A DNA stretch of 63,333 bases, filler included. It is 9 parts of 9 records of this genome, joined end to end, with 100 filler letters (N's around TTAATTAATTAA, not from the genome) between each part and the next. Parts side by side here need not be neighbours in the genome. Positions count along the whole stretch, not along the records: positions 1 to 7,388 come from SRR31156797_26717; positions 7,489 to 20,122 come from SRR31156797_26718; 7 more parts are not named here. The stretch is one strand, 5' to 3'. How positions within the stretch are numbered: the first letter of the stretch is position 1; every line of letters starts with the position of its first letter. The notes below the pieces were generated by a model. It saw nothing but the letters and a program-made list of their open reading frames with translations, was not told the DNA's origin and ran no database searches. A program made the translations under genes and the position numbers. This document shows, piece by piece, positions 1 to 10,111 of this stretch.

Positions 1-77
1 AAGTACTACTTTCTTTGTCATAATATCTGATCCTGAAATTGGTTAATAGTAAAAAAGTAAAAAAGAGCCTGAAAGGA

Positions 78-3000
78 TCAGGCCATTTCCTTATGATAGT
101 CGTTAATAGATTTTACAGCCGATTCACCGGACTTCATGGAAGATATTGCATGTGATGCTGCAATAGCTGCCTGGATGGTGGTGATGTACGGCACCTTGAA
201 ATCCACCGCTGCACGGCGTATCCTTGAACCGTCCTTACGTGACTGCTTGTTGGTAGGGGTATTGATGACAAGAGCAACCTCATCCCTGCGCATCATATCT
301 ATCACATTAGGACTGCCATCGTGGACCTTCTTGACGATACCCATCTCGATTCCCTTCTCTTCAAGGAATACAGCAGTACCGCGGGTTCCGATAAGCTCTA
401 TACCTGCATCCTGTAGCTTGCGTGCAACATCCACAAGTTGTCCCTTGTCCTCGTCCCTGATAGACATGAACACAGTGCCGGAAAGTGGCAGGAGATTATC
501 AGCGCTGATCTGTGCCTTAAAGAATGCCCTTCCGTAATCGTAATCTACACCCATGACCTCACCGGTACTCTTCATCTCAGGACCGAGTATCGGATCTGCT
601 CCTGGCAGCTTGTCGAATGGCAGAAGTACTTCTTTCACGGAAACGTGGTTGACCTTTGGTTCATCCAGTGAAGTGTAACCAAGTTCCTTCAGACTCTGTC
701 CCATTATAACACGGGCTGCAATCTTTGCCATTGGAATTCCAACTGCTTTAGATACGAACGGAATGGTCCTGCTTGAACGTGGGTTTGCTTCAAGCACATA
801 GACTGTGTCATCCTGAAGTGCCATCTGAATGTTCAGCAGACCCTTGACATTGAGTGCAAGTGCGATCTTGCGAGTGTAGTCACGTACTATTTGCAGTGTT
901 TCATCGGAAAGGGACTGTGGTGGAATCACACATGCAGAGTCACCTGAGTGAACACCTGCTTCCTCTATGTGTTCCATGATAGCACCGATGAGCACTTCCT
1001 CACCGTCACACACAGCATCCACATCAATCTCAACAGCACCCTCTAGGAAATCATCAATAAGGATCGGATGCTCAGGTGAAACATTCACTGCCTCACGCAT
1101 ATAGCGTTCCAGATCGTTCTGATCATAGACGATCTCCATTGCCCTTCCACCAAGAACATATGATGGTCTCACAAGTACCGGATAATCAATACGGTTGGCA
1201 ATCTTTATTGCTTCTTCCTGTGATGTTGCATAACCTGCATCCGGCTGGTTGATTCCCAGCTTTTCCATCATGACATTGAACCTTTCACGGTCCTCTGCAA
1301 CATCGATATCATCCGGGGATGTTCCCATGATAACGGTCTTAAGGTCAGTGCGTCTCTGGAGTTCTTTCTCAAGTGGTAATGCAAGGTTTACTGAAGTCTG
1401 TCCACCAAACTGAACAAGTACACCATCTGGGTTCTCACGTTCAATGACATTCATTACGTCTTCAAGTGTCAGAGGCTCAAAGAAAAGCTTGTCTGAGGTG
1501 TCGTAATCAGTTGAAACGGTTTCAGGATTATTGTTAATAATATGAGCTTCAATTCCCTCATCCCTGATGGCGGTTACTGCATGAACAGTACAATAATCAA
1601 ACTCAATTCCCTGGCCGATACGTATCGGACCTGCACCAAGGATCAATATTTTCTTGTTCCCGGTAGGTTCGACTTCGCACATCTGTTCATAGCATGAATA
1701 ATAATAAGGTGTTGCTGCTGCAAACTCTGCTGCACAGGTATCTACCATCTTGTATGTGGATTTGACTCCTAGCTCAAGCCTGAGGTCATTAATTTCCTCG
1801 CGAGTCTTACCTGCCATCTCAGCAATTCTTGCATCCGTCAGACCAATGCGTTTTGCATCATTCAGGAGATCTGCAGAAAGCTTACCGGATTTTACAGTAT
1901 CCTTTATCAAATTCTCCATGTCAATAATGTTCATTATCTTCCTGAGGTAGAAGACATCAATGCCGGAAAGCTCTGAAACCTCTTCAATGGTGAAGCCGTT
2001 TGCAAGTGCATGGTAGACCACGAAAAGCCTCTCGCTTGTAGGTGTCTTGAGCAGGGTTTTGATCTCATTATTAGACCATTCTCCATTACCGAAGTTCATC
2101 TTGATATCAAGAGAACGTACAGCTTTCAGGAGAGATTCCTCGATAGTGCGTCCGATGGACATAACTTCACCGGTACTCTTCATCGCGGTTGTAAGAGTGT
2201 TATCGGCTGTTACGAACTTGTCAAATGGCCATCTTGGTATCTTTGTAACAATATAATCGATAGTTGGTTCAAAGGATGCCGGAGTTTTCTTTGTAATATC
2301 GTTGAGAATCTCATCAAGTGCCATTCCAATAGCGATCTTAGCTGTTACCCTTGCAATCGGATATCCGGTTGCTTTTGATGCAAGTGCGGATGATCGGGAT
2401 ACACGTGGGTTGACTTCCACAATGCGGTACTCGCCGTCTTTTGCAGCGAATTGAATGTTACATCCACCTTCGATTCCAAGTGAACGGATGATCTTGATAG
2501 CAGCGCTCCTTAGCGCCTGATGCTCCTCATCATTAAGGGTCTGTGATGGTGTCACAACAATGGATTCTCCAGTGTGAACTCCCATTGGGTCAAGGTTTTC
2601 CATGTTACAGATTACGATACATGTATCGTTTGAATCACGCATGACCTCATACTCGAATTCTTTCCATCCGAGTACACTTTCCTCGATCAGTACCTGATTG
2701 ATACGACTGCGCCTTAAGCCCCTTTCACTGATCTCCAGAAGTTGTTCTCTGGAATAAGCGATACCTCCGCCAGCGCCACCAAGTGTGTATGCAGGACGGA
2801 TGATAAGAGGAAGGCCAAGTTCATCAATAAGTGCTTCAGCTTCCTTCAGTGAAGAAACTGCTGTACTGCGTGGAACTTTTTCACCGATTTTTTCCATAGC
2901 CTGTTTGAAAAGCTCACGGTCTTCGGTATTCTTAATAGCTTCAAGGGAAGTTCCAAGAAGTTCCACACCATACTTTTCAAAGACACCATTTTCAGCGAGT

Positions 3001-3302
3001 TCACTTGTAATATTAAGTCCGGTCTGACCACCGATGCCCGCAATAAGACCGTCAGGTCTTTCTTTTGCTATGATTTTTTCGATAGTCTTTGCCTCTATTG
3101 GCTCTATATATACTGCGTCTGCAGTATCCGGATCGGTCATTATAGTTGCAGGATTGGAGTTTACCAGCACAACCTCATAACCTTCTTCCCTGAGGGAGCG
3201 ACATGCCTGACTTCCTGAGAAATCAAATTCTGCTGCCTGTCCAATCATAATAGGACCGGAACCTATCAGGAGTATTTTCTTAATGTCGTCACGTTTTGGC
3301 AT
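78..3302 (-). CDS. carB: Carbamoyl-phosphate synthase large subunit
   Basis: 1074 aa starting MPKRDDIKKILLIGSGPIMIGQAAEFDFSG; duplicated ATP-grasp halves and a C-terminal MGS-like domain. Confidence 0.99.
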   Translation of the reverse strand: MPKRDDIKKILLIGSGPIMIGQAAEFDFSGSQACRSLREEGYEVVLVNSNPATIMTDPDTADAVYIEPIEAKTIEKIIAKERPDGLIAGIGGQTGLNITSELAENGVFEKYGVELLGTSLEAIKNTEDRELFKQAMEKIGEKVPRSTAVSSLKEAEALIDELGLPLIIRPAYTLGGAGGGIAYSREQLLEISERGLRRSRINQVLIEESVLGWKEFEYEVMRDSNDTCIVICNMENLDPMGVHTGESIVVTPSQTLNDEEHQALRSAAIKIIRSLGIEGGCNIQFAAKDGEYRIVEVNPRVSRSSALASKATGYPIARVTAKIAIGMALDEILNDITKKTPASFEPTIDYIVTKIPRWPFDKFVTADNTLTTAMKSTGEVMSIGRTIEESLLKAVRSLDIKMNFGNGEWSNNEIKTLLKTPTSERLFVVYHALANGFTIEEVSELSGIDVFYLRKIMNIIDMENLIKDTVKSGKLSADLLNDAKRIGLTDARIAEMAGKTREEINDLRLELGVKSTYKMVDTCAAEFAAATPYYYSCYEQMCEVEPTGNKKILILGAGPIRIGQGIEFDYCTVHAVTAIRDEGIEAHIINNNPETVSTDYDTSDKLFFEPLTLEDVMNVIERENPDGVLVQFGGQTSVNLALPLEKELQRRTDLKTVIMGTSPDDIDVAEDRERFNVMMEKLGINQPDAGYATSQEEAIKIANRIDYPVLVRPSYVLGGRAMEIVYDQNDLERYMREAVNVSPEHPILIDDFLEGAVEIDVDAVCDGEEVLIGAIMEHIEEAGVHSGDSACVIPPQSLSDETLQIVRDYTRKIALALNVKGLLNIQMALQDDTVYVLEANPRSSRTIPFVSKAVGIPMAKIAARVIMGQSLKELGYTSLDEPKVNHVSVKEVLLPFDKLPGADPILGPEMKSTGEVMGVDYDYGRAFFKAQISADNLLPLSGTVFMSIRDEDKGQLVDVARKLQDAGIELIGTRGTAVFLEEKGIEMGIVKKVHDGSPNVIDMMRRDEVALVINTPTNKQSRKDGSRIRRAAVDFKVPYITTIQAAIAASHAISSMKSGESAVKSINDYHKEMA

Positions 3303-4399
3303 TATTTCCTACCTCCTGCGAGTTTGAGAACTTTCTCAAAGAATATTCCCTCGGTGTCCATTGGACCAGGGTGTGCATCAGGGTGATACTGCACACTGAA
3401 CATGTCCAGATACTTGTGTGCTATACCTTCAACTGTCTTATCATTGGTATTATACTGTGTCACAGCAACCTCTGCCTCTTCAAAGGAATCACCATCAACA
3501 GCAAATCCGTGATTCTGGGATGTGATATGCACGATCCCCGTCTCAAGGTCCTTTACTGGCTGGTTTGCTCCCCTGTGACCAAACTTCAGTTTATAGGTCT
3601 CGGCTCCCAGTGCACGGGAGATAATCTGGTGACCCAGGCATATGCCTACTACCGGTAATTCTCCAGTGAAGTGTTTTACTGCAGCGACTGCATCCTGTGC
3701 CTGTGCAGGGTCTCCTGGACCATTTGATATGAACAAAAGATCAGGGTCGTATGACTCTATTGTTGAGATAGATGAGTTACCCGGTACAACGGTTACATCT
3801 ATTCCCCTTGCCAGCAGACTCCTTTCAATGCTGAGCTTTCGACCACAGTCCATAAGGACCACATTCATCGGATTGTTCGGGTCCCTTACAGGACTTTCAA
3901 GCCTGAAAGGCTCCGGACAGCTTACCTGTGAGATAAGGTCGATGTCTGAGATGCTCTTCTGTGCACGTGCGAGCCTGACTGCTTCCTCACCATCATCACT
4001 ACCATTGATGAGGGCTGCACGCATTGTTCCGTGTTCACGTGTCTTGATGGTGAGCATTCGTGTGTCTACACCTGCAATGCCGGGCTTGCCTTCTTCCTCC
4101 ATAAGTTCCACAATGGTCTTCTTTCCTAAGTGGTGAGACGGCTCGGGACAAGCCTCTCTGACCACAAGACCTTCAGCTTTTACGCCATCAGACTCCATAC
4201 AGTTGCCACTGACGCCGTAATTGCCTATAAGAGGATAAGTAAACATAAGGATCTGGCCTTTGTATGAAGGGTCTGTAAGAGCCTCCTCATAACCAGTGTA
4301 TTGAGTTGTGAAAACAAGTTCCCCGGAAACGATACCTTCGGCACCAAAGCCAGTGCCTTTTATAATAGTCCCATCTTCTAATCCTAGTACTGCATTCAT
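3302..4399 (-). CDS. carA: Carbamoyl-phosphate synthase small (glutaminase) subunit
   Basis: GELVFTTQYTGYEEALTDPSYKGQ, SNGPGDP, GICLGHQ and QYHPDA motifs; TAATG stop/start overlap with carB; start MNAVLGLEDG at 4399 preferred over 4420. Confidence 0.98.
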   Translation of the reverse strand: MNAVLGLEDGTIIKGTGFGAEGIVSGELVFTTQYTGYEEALTDPSYKGQILMFTYPLIGNYGVSGNCMESDGVKAEGLVVREACPEPSHHLGKKTIVELMEEEGKPGIAGVDTRMLTIKTREHGTMRAALINGSDDGEEAVRLARAQKSISDIDLISQVSCPEPFRLESPVRDPNNPMNVVLMDCGRKLSIERSLLARGIDVTVVPGNSSISTIESYDPDLLFISNGPGDPAQAQDAVAAVKHFTGELPVVGICLGHQIISRALGAETYKLKFGHRGANQPVKDLETGIVHITSQNHGFAVDGDSFEEAEVAVTQYNTNDKTVEGIAHKYLDMFSVQYHPDAHPGPMDTEGIFFEKVLKLAGGRK

Positions 4400-4490
4400 C
4401 TTTTGAACCTGCGAATACATGTAAAGAATAGGCTATAAGCATTGCGATGGCTTCTTTGCTTTTTGCAGGGAGTAAAAGGTAAAAAAAGGT

Positions 4491-5594
4491 TTATGAAATC
4501 TTACGCAGGAAAGATCCTATAATTACTGCCACAAAACAGAAAGATACTATAAGGACAAGTGCTATGAATTCCCTCGGATTGTTCGCGGCATAGTCGCGCA
4601 ACTGAAGGACATACTCATTGTTTATTACGTTAGAGTTGTCTTGTTTTGTTTCTTCAATGATATCAAATTCGACCTGATCTGCTTTAAGGATCAAAACCCA
4701 TATGTTGTATTCACCATCCCTGTTGGACACATAAGCCACCTTTTTTCCATCAGGACTCCAGGCAGGTGCTTTTTCGTCAGAAAGATCGCTGGTGATCTTT
4801 ACGTGCGAATTTCCGCTGGCGTCAAGAAGCCACAGGTCATAGTCACTTCCCACATCAGATGCGTATGCTATCATTTTCCCGTTGGGACTATATGCAGGTT
4901 CAATATTATCGTTTGAATCATTTGTGAGCCTGAAAGGTCTTACTGCATCAATACCTATTGTAAAAAGATCTCCCATGGATGAATACACAACTGTATCCCC
5001 TTCAGGGTTCCATGATGGTGAACTTTCATCTCCTTCTGCATCAGTAAGCCTTACTTTGTCTGCACCATTAGGATTCATGGTCCATACGTCATAATTCCCG
5101 GATGCACGTGATGTGAATAACAGCCTGCTGCCATCAGGACTCAAAGAAGGTGATCTTGCATCCGAATCTTCTGTGAGTTTCAGCCCGTCGCTACCATCCG
5201 AATTCATCACATGAATGCTAATGTAGCGGGCAGAAAAGGCTTTCTTGCTTTCTGCCGCAAAGAAAATCTTGCTCCCATCAGCATTAAACACGGGTTCTCC
5301 TTCCCATGCCATGCCATCGTATAGTTTCTTCTGCCCTGAACCATCACTATTCATTATCCAGATTGCCTGGCTGGCAGCATATACTATCTTTTTTCCATCA
5401 GGGCTCCATGACGGATGATTGGCATTAGTTGTGTTGGTAAGCTGAATATCATCCTCAATAAGCACGGATGCGGATGAACACGATACAAATAATACAAAAA
5501 AAGTAAGCAGGAATATCCCCCTGCTTAAACATTTTCCTAAATGAATGGTAAAATTGGTGCACATCAAAAATATATTATGCACCCATATATTCAT
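4491..5594 (-). CDS. TolB-like PD40 beta-propeller surface protein with C-terminal membrane anchor
   Basis: Repeated PSWSPDG/PAYSPNG/PAWSPDG motifs, hydrophobic signal-like segment, C-terminal TM helix plus basic tail; true start probably downstream of 5594. Confidence 0.85.
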   Translation of the reverse strand: MNIWVHNIFLMCTNFTIHLGKCLSRGIFLLTFFVLFVSCSSASVLIEDDIQLTNTTNANHPSWSPDGKKIVYAASQAIWIMNSDGSGQKKLYDGMAWEGEPVFNADGSKIFFAAESKKAFSARYISIHVMNSDGSDGLKLTEDSDARSPSLSPDGSRLLFTSRASGNYDVWTMNPNGADKVRLTDAEGDESSPSWNPEGDTVVYSSMGDLFTIGIDAVRPFRLTNDSNDNIEPAYSPNGKMIAYASDVGSDYDLWLLDASGNSHVKITSDLSDEKAPAWSPDGKKVAYVSNRDGEYNIWVLILKADQVEFDIIEETKQDNSNVINNEYVLQLRDYAANNPREFIALVLIVSFCFVAVIIGSFLRKIS

Positions 5595-7388
5595 TAATCT
5601 TTTGTTTTAAAATCTCGTTCAAGGTTTTCCCGTCAACTTTTCCGCGAACTTCTTTCATCACAACACCCATCAGCGGACCAACGGCTCCGAGACCTTTTTC
5701 CTTTACAAAATCCTGGCGTTCCTTAATGACAGCTTCAACCATTGACTCGACTTCAGACAGGTCTATGTTACCAAGTCCCATCTTAGAAGCTGCATCCTTT
5801 GCAGACAATCCGGGGTTTTCAGCTATTGCCCTGAGAAGTCCGTCCACTGCTTCCTTTGCAACTCCGCCCCGGGCAAGGAAAGAGAAGATATCAATGAAAT
5901 GCCTGTCTTCAAGCTTATCAACTTCAACGCCATCACGTTTCAGTTCCGGCAGTGTTCCTGTGAGTGTTCTTACTACCAGTGTTGCGTTTACGTTGTCATT
6001 GTCAGCAAGCAACTGCATTATCTCTTCAAAAAGAGGGAGATATGTTGAGTAGGCAATCTTCTCAGCAAGTTCTTTGTGCAGACTGAGCTCTGACTCGAAA
6101 CGCTTTGCACGTTCTGTGAGCAGTTCAGGCATCTCAATAGAATCAAAATATTCTGTAGAGATATTCACCTGAGGCACGTCAGTTTCAGGATACATTCTTG
6201 CTGCTCCCGGAAGTGGCCTTAAGTAAGAGTTATTACCGTCAGGAAGTGCCCTGCGTGTCTCTTCAGGCACACCTTCAAGTGCTTCCTTTGCACGGATAAT
6301 GACACTCTCCATGGCACCCCTGGCGCGTACTTCACGATCAGCTACCATTACAACTGCATCATTCTCCTGAGCACCGACCTCAGCACGAAGTGCCTGCACT
6401 TCTCCTTCACTTACACCGTAAGCCGGAAGTTCATCGGTATGGAAAATTCCTCCAACGCCCGATGTCTTTGCACGGTCTGAAAATTCAGTACCAAGGCGCC
6501 TTCCAGGCTGGACTTCCCTGCCAACATATCCATCAAAGCCACGGAGAAGTACAGCGTAGACCTTACCTTTCTTAACAGTCTTTTTGATGACCTTGGACTT
6601 TGTTTCCATGAAAATATCAGTAACATCGAATATGGTATCACAAACAGATGCATTGCGCTCAAGTAGTTCATCCTTCATGGCAAGGAGATTCACCTGACGC
6701 TCGACCTCGCGCTCTACCATGGTCTCGATCATATCCAGTGCCTGCACACCTTTCAGTTCTACACGTGCACCCTTTGCAATGGATATGTTAACATCCTGAC
6801 GGATGGTTCCAAGTCCACGCTTTACCTTTCCTGTGGAACGTAAGAGCATGCCTATCTGCTGTGCAGTCTCCTTTGCATGCTGTGGCGAGATAATGTCAGG
6901 ATCAGTGCCAATCTCAACAAGAGGGATTCCCAGACGATCAAGAGAGTATATGACAGACTCTCCCTGAGTCTCTATCTTCTGGCAGGCATCCTCCTCAAGA
7001 CAAAGCACACCGACACCAACAGGACCGACCGATGTATCAAGATAACCGTCCTTTGCAAGAAATGCTGTTCTCTGGAACCCGGATGTGTTGGAACCGTCCA
7101 CAACTATCTTACGCATCATATGAACCTGATCCACAGGTATCATATTGAGCAGCTTTGTGATGCTCATTGCAATGCCAAGGGCTTCCTTATTAACCTCAGT
7201 GGGAGGTTCATCATCGTTTTCTACAAGGCAGGTTGTATCGTATGCCTTGTAGACGTATTTGCGTTTGAGTTTTGACTGTTCAAGGGCAGCCCTGTCAGTT
7301 TCTCCCATCTCGCTTGCAGTTGGTCGGAGATAGCGGAAGAACTCGTGGTTCGATTCTTCTACATTCCTTATCTGTGTAGGGCAGTTGC
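5575..7388 (-). CDS. gatE: Glu-tRNA(Gln) amidotransferase subunit E (5' truncated by contig edge)
   Basis: [41 protein letters not shown] and [14 protein letters not shown] motifs; frame open to the contig edge; archaea-specific family. Confidence 0.97.
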
Positions 7389-7488
7389 NNNNNNNNNNNN
7401 NNNNNNNNNNNNNNNNNNNNNNNNNNNNNNNNTTAATTAATTAANNNNNNNNNNNNNNNNNNNNNNNNNNNNNNNNNNNNNNNNNNNN
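7389..7488. other. Artificial contig spacer (N-run, TTAATTAATTAA, N-run)
   Basis: Identical 100-nt spacers also at 20123-20222, 28090-28189, 33453-33552, 42374-42473, 47600-47699, 52998-53097 and 58159-58258; composition and apparent taxonomy change across each. Confidence 0.99.
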
Positions 7489-7548
7489 ACCGCCAATAAG
7501 CTAAGTCTGACCCCGCAACCAAAACGACAAGGCTGCCCCCAAGGAAAG

Positions 7549-8394
7549 CTACAGGCTAAGACTGACCACAAGGATGATGATGACAGGGAAAACAATGGAA
7601 TAGACCCAGTCGGATGGCTTCAGCTGCCGGGCCTCAACGGATTGAAACAGGATAACCGGGAGAAAAAAGAGGACCATCAAGGGCATTCCCGGTATGAAAA
7701 GCGAGGTGGAGTGGGCCAGGAACACCCCAACGAGAAGACCAAGCCCCGCCACCGGAATCTTGAAGACCCTGTCATTAATCCGGAATTTTCCGGCCCCTGC
7801 CGACAAAAAGACCAGAAGCACCAGGTCGGAGACACCGAACAGGGGCATAAAACAAGGAGCGCCCCACACCGGGATCTTGATGAGAACATAATCGACAACC
7901 GGCGGCGGCCCGGTCATTGGCCCGGTATAGTAGTGTTCCAGAATGCCGGCGATCTTTTGTGTCGGGCCTGCCGCAACGCTTGCAAGATCGGCGGCCATTG
8001 CGGCCAGTGATACAGGCACCAGCTCTGCCGGCCTCGTCACACCTGTGGCAAGGGCCCGTCCCGCCAATCCGGCCGCCACAACCAGGTTCAATGTGCCGAC
8101 AAGGCCGACAATCTCCAACGGAAGCCGGCCTGCCCGGTCCAGCAGAAGCAGAAGCCCCCACACGACCAGGCATACGACAAACAAAAAAGTGCCGCTCCGC
8201 TTGTTGAAATCCGGCATCAAAGCCAGGGTCCCAAGCATCAGGCAGAAGAACCCCACGACAGAGACGGCCAGCCCCACCCCTTGGGAAATGGCGCCCCCGG
8301 GAAACCGGCCCGGTAAAAACGCAACGATCCCCACGGGAACGGCCCAGGCAAGGCAGGCCAGCAACAGCTGTCGGATATGGTTTCTATCAGCCAT
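7549..8394 (-). CDS. Polytopic membrane protein with presenilin/signal-peptide-peptidase-like motifs
   Basis: About 8-9 hydrophobic segments; ADLASV, FGVSDLV and IPGMP occur in the order of the YD, GxGD and PAL motifs of A22 aspartyl proteases. Confidence 0.5.
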   Translation of the reverse strand: MADRNHIRQLLLACLAWAVPVGIVAFLPGRFPGGAISQGVGLAVSVVGFFCLMLGTLALMPDFNKRSGTFLFVVCLVVWGLLLLLDRAGRLPLEIVGLVGTLNLVVAAGLAGRALATGVTRPAELVPVSLAAMAADLASVAAGPTQKIAGILEHYYTGPMTGPPPVVDYVLIKIPVWGAPCFMPLFGVSDLVLLVFLSAGAGKFRINDRVFKIPVAGLGLLVGVFLAHSTSLFIPGMPLMVLFFLPVILFQSVEARQLKPSDWVYSIVFPVIIILVVSLSL

Positions 8395-8535
8395 GGAAGA
8401 ACAATATCAAATCAAAACCGCCAATACCACAAAAGCCGGGGTTAAATTCATCATCTCTTTCATTTTCTTCATAAAGGGTTCAAAAAAAGTAAAGTAAAAC
8501 CGTCCGGACGGGAATATTCCATGATATCGATTCGA

Positions 8536-8976
8536 CTATGCATACACCACCTTCGTTCCGGCCATTATATCATGGAAACATCTTCTTTCGTTTTTGAAGA
8601 TATAAAGAGAATCTATCAGGAAAAAGATATGACCCAAGACCGGTACCTGGCAGATAAAAGCAGGTAAGAAATAACGCAAGATCAGAATCTTAGGCAATGG
8701 ACATAATAGATTATACTCATCCACAATTTTTATCCCGACAATTCTTTTACCAATTGTCTGACCGCTAGTTGCAAGCATTTTCCCATTAACGGCAACAAAT
8801 ATGCCCATGCAGAAACAGGATGCGGATATTTGTTTCATCAGTTCCGATTTCCTGAGTAGATTTTCTTCGATTATACCCATGGAGGCCATAAGAATAACAG
8901 CAACAACGATTGTCACACAAAGAATGCTCCCATCAAGCACCCATGCAAAGAGCCTTTTTGATCTTTCCACTTCCAT
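8536..8976 (-). CDS. RDD family membrane protein
   Basis: KRLFAWVLDG, GQTIGKRIVGIKIV and RRCFHDIMAGTKVV signature; lower GC than neighbours. Confidence 0.9.
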   Translation of the reverse strand: MEVERSKRLFAWVLDGSILCVTIVVAVILMASMGIIEENLLRKSELMKQISASCFCMGIFVAVNGKMLATSGQTIGKRIVGIKIVDEYNLLCPLPKILILRYFLPAFICQVPVLGHIFFLIDSLYIFKNERRCFHDIMAGTKVVYA

Positions 8977-9040
8977 ATGCTCTTGACTCCTTATGATGAG
9001 GTAAAAAAGGACTTGGCTCTAACGGCCTGACCAGCCGGAT

Positions 9041-9586
9041 TCAATTTTCAAGGCCCTGGGCAGGAAGTAGCAAAAGCCCTTCGATGGCCTCGATCTCAAG
9101 ATGGCAGGTTTCAAGATCCACGGTGTTACGGTCAAGTCCCTTTTTCAAGGAATTGAGCCTCTCCATGGCACTTCTCTTGCTCTCGTTTTCGATCCGCATC
9201 CTGTCAATGAGACCGTTAAGGTCCGTTGAGAGTTCCCTGAACTCATCGGTATTCCGGAACGCCACCCTTCCCCCGGGAAGCTCTCCCATGGCCATCCCCT
9301 TGAGGACACTGCCGGTTTTATAGACCGGACCAAGAATGGAGCGGGTGTGCCTGACAGTATAGAAAACAACCCCCCCCATGATCACCACAACACTTACCGC
9401 CATCCAGGCAATGAGGTGCAGATCAATCACCCCGTACATCCGGGGATCCATGTAAAACAGATAGAAAATCGACATCACAAGTCCGGTCAGGAGAATGCAC
9501 GGGACCTGGACCAGGGCGACCTTGACGGCGGCCTGAATCTGAAACGACGGTTTGACGAATAGTTTTCGCTTTTTTCCTGTTTGCAT
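9041..9586 (-). CDS. Two-TM membrane protein with HAMP-like domain and coiled coil
   Basis: Two TM helices followed by SILGPVYK...VAFRNTDEFRELSTDLN. Confidence 0.7.
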   Translation of the reverse strand: MQTGKKRKLFVKPSFQIQAAVKVALVQVPCILLTGLVMSIFYLFYMDPRMYGVIDLHLIAWMAVSVVVIMGGVVFYTVRHTRSILGPVYKTGSVLKGMAMGELPGGRVAFRNTDEFRELSTDLNGLIDRMRIENESKRSAMERLNSLKKGLDRNTVDLETCHLEIEAIEGLLLLPAQGLEN

Positions 9587-9608
9587 AAATTGCCTCCCTT
9601 TTTTCGTG

Positions 9609-9989
9609 TCAGGGACCTGTGCGCCTTAAATCGTCGGCGGTGTCAAGTATGCTGTCAGGCCCCTTGCTGATCAGGACATAGGTTTTATTGTTACCAAAGG
9701 TCCGGTACACAAAAAGATTGCCCCAGTGATCTCTTCCAAGCTCGTTGAGATCATTCTCCTTAAAATTCTTTTCCATCCAATTGATGAAGCGATCCGGTGC
9801 CGGGAACCTGCCCCGTTTCAGGTACTCGTAGTCCAGCATCATGGAGATGGTCCTCAGGTCGCCTGCGGTTGCAACCTGCTGGGAAACCATGACGATGTCG
9901 TTGAAAAAGGTTTCAATGGTATCGGCATTCCCCACGATCACCCCCAGGGAAACACCGCCGATGATCAGCCGTCTGATGATCTCTATCAT
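9609..9989 (-). CDS. GspG-like (T2SS G domain) pseudopilin-related protein lacking a canonical N-methylation leader
   Basis: GRFP...DHWGNLFVY...LISKGPDSILDTADDL matches the GspG C-terminus; AGGAG RBS precedes ATG 9989, so the ORF-track start at 10265 is not credible. Confidence 0.75.
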   Translation of the reverse strand: MIEIIRRLIIGGVSLGVIVGNADTIETFFNDIVMVSQQVATAGDLRTISMMLDYEYLKRGRFPAPDRFINWMEKNFKENDLNELGRDHWGNLFVYRTFGNNKTYVLISKGPDSILDTADDLRRTGP

Positions 9990-10003
9990 TGGGAGATGGG
10001 CTC

Positions 10004-10111
10004 CTAAAGGTCCATGGGGGTGTGGGCCGAGGCCTGGGGAACGGCCATGGAAATGATCATAAACACGACCAGCACCACCATCAATCCCCTTAATGAAAAT
10101 CCCATGTTCAT
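10004..10111 (-). CDS. Unannotated 35-aa hydrophobic peptide MNMGFSLRGLMVVLVVFMIISMAVPQASAHTPMDL
   Basis: ATG overlaps the PPIase stop (ATGA) with AAGGAG just upstream; its TAG overlaps the AGGAG RBS of the next gene; fills the intergenic gap. Confidence 0.6.
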   Translation of the reverse strand: MNMGFSLRGLMVVLVVFMIISMAVPQASAHTPMDL

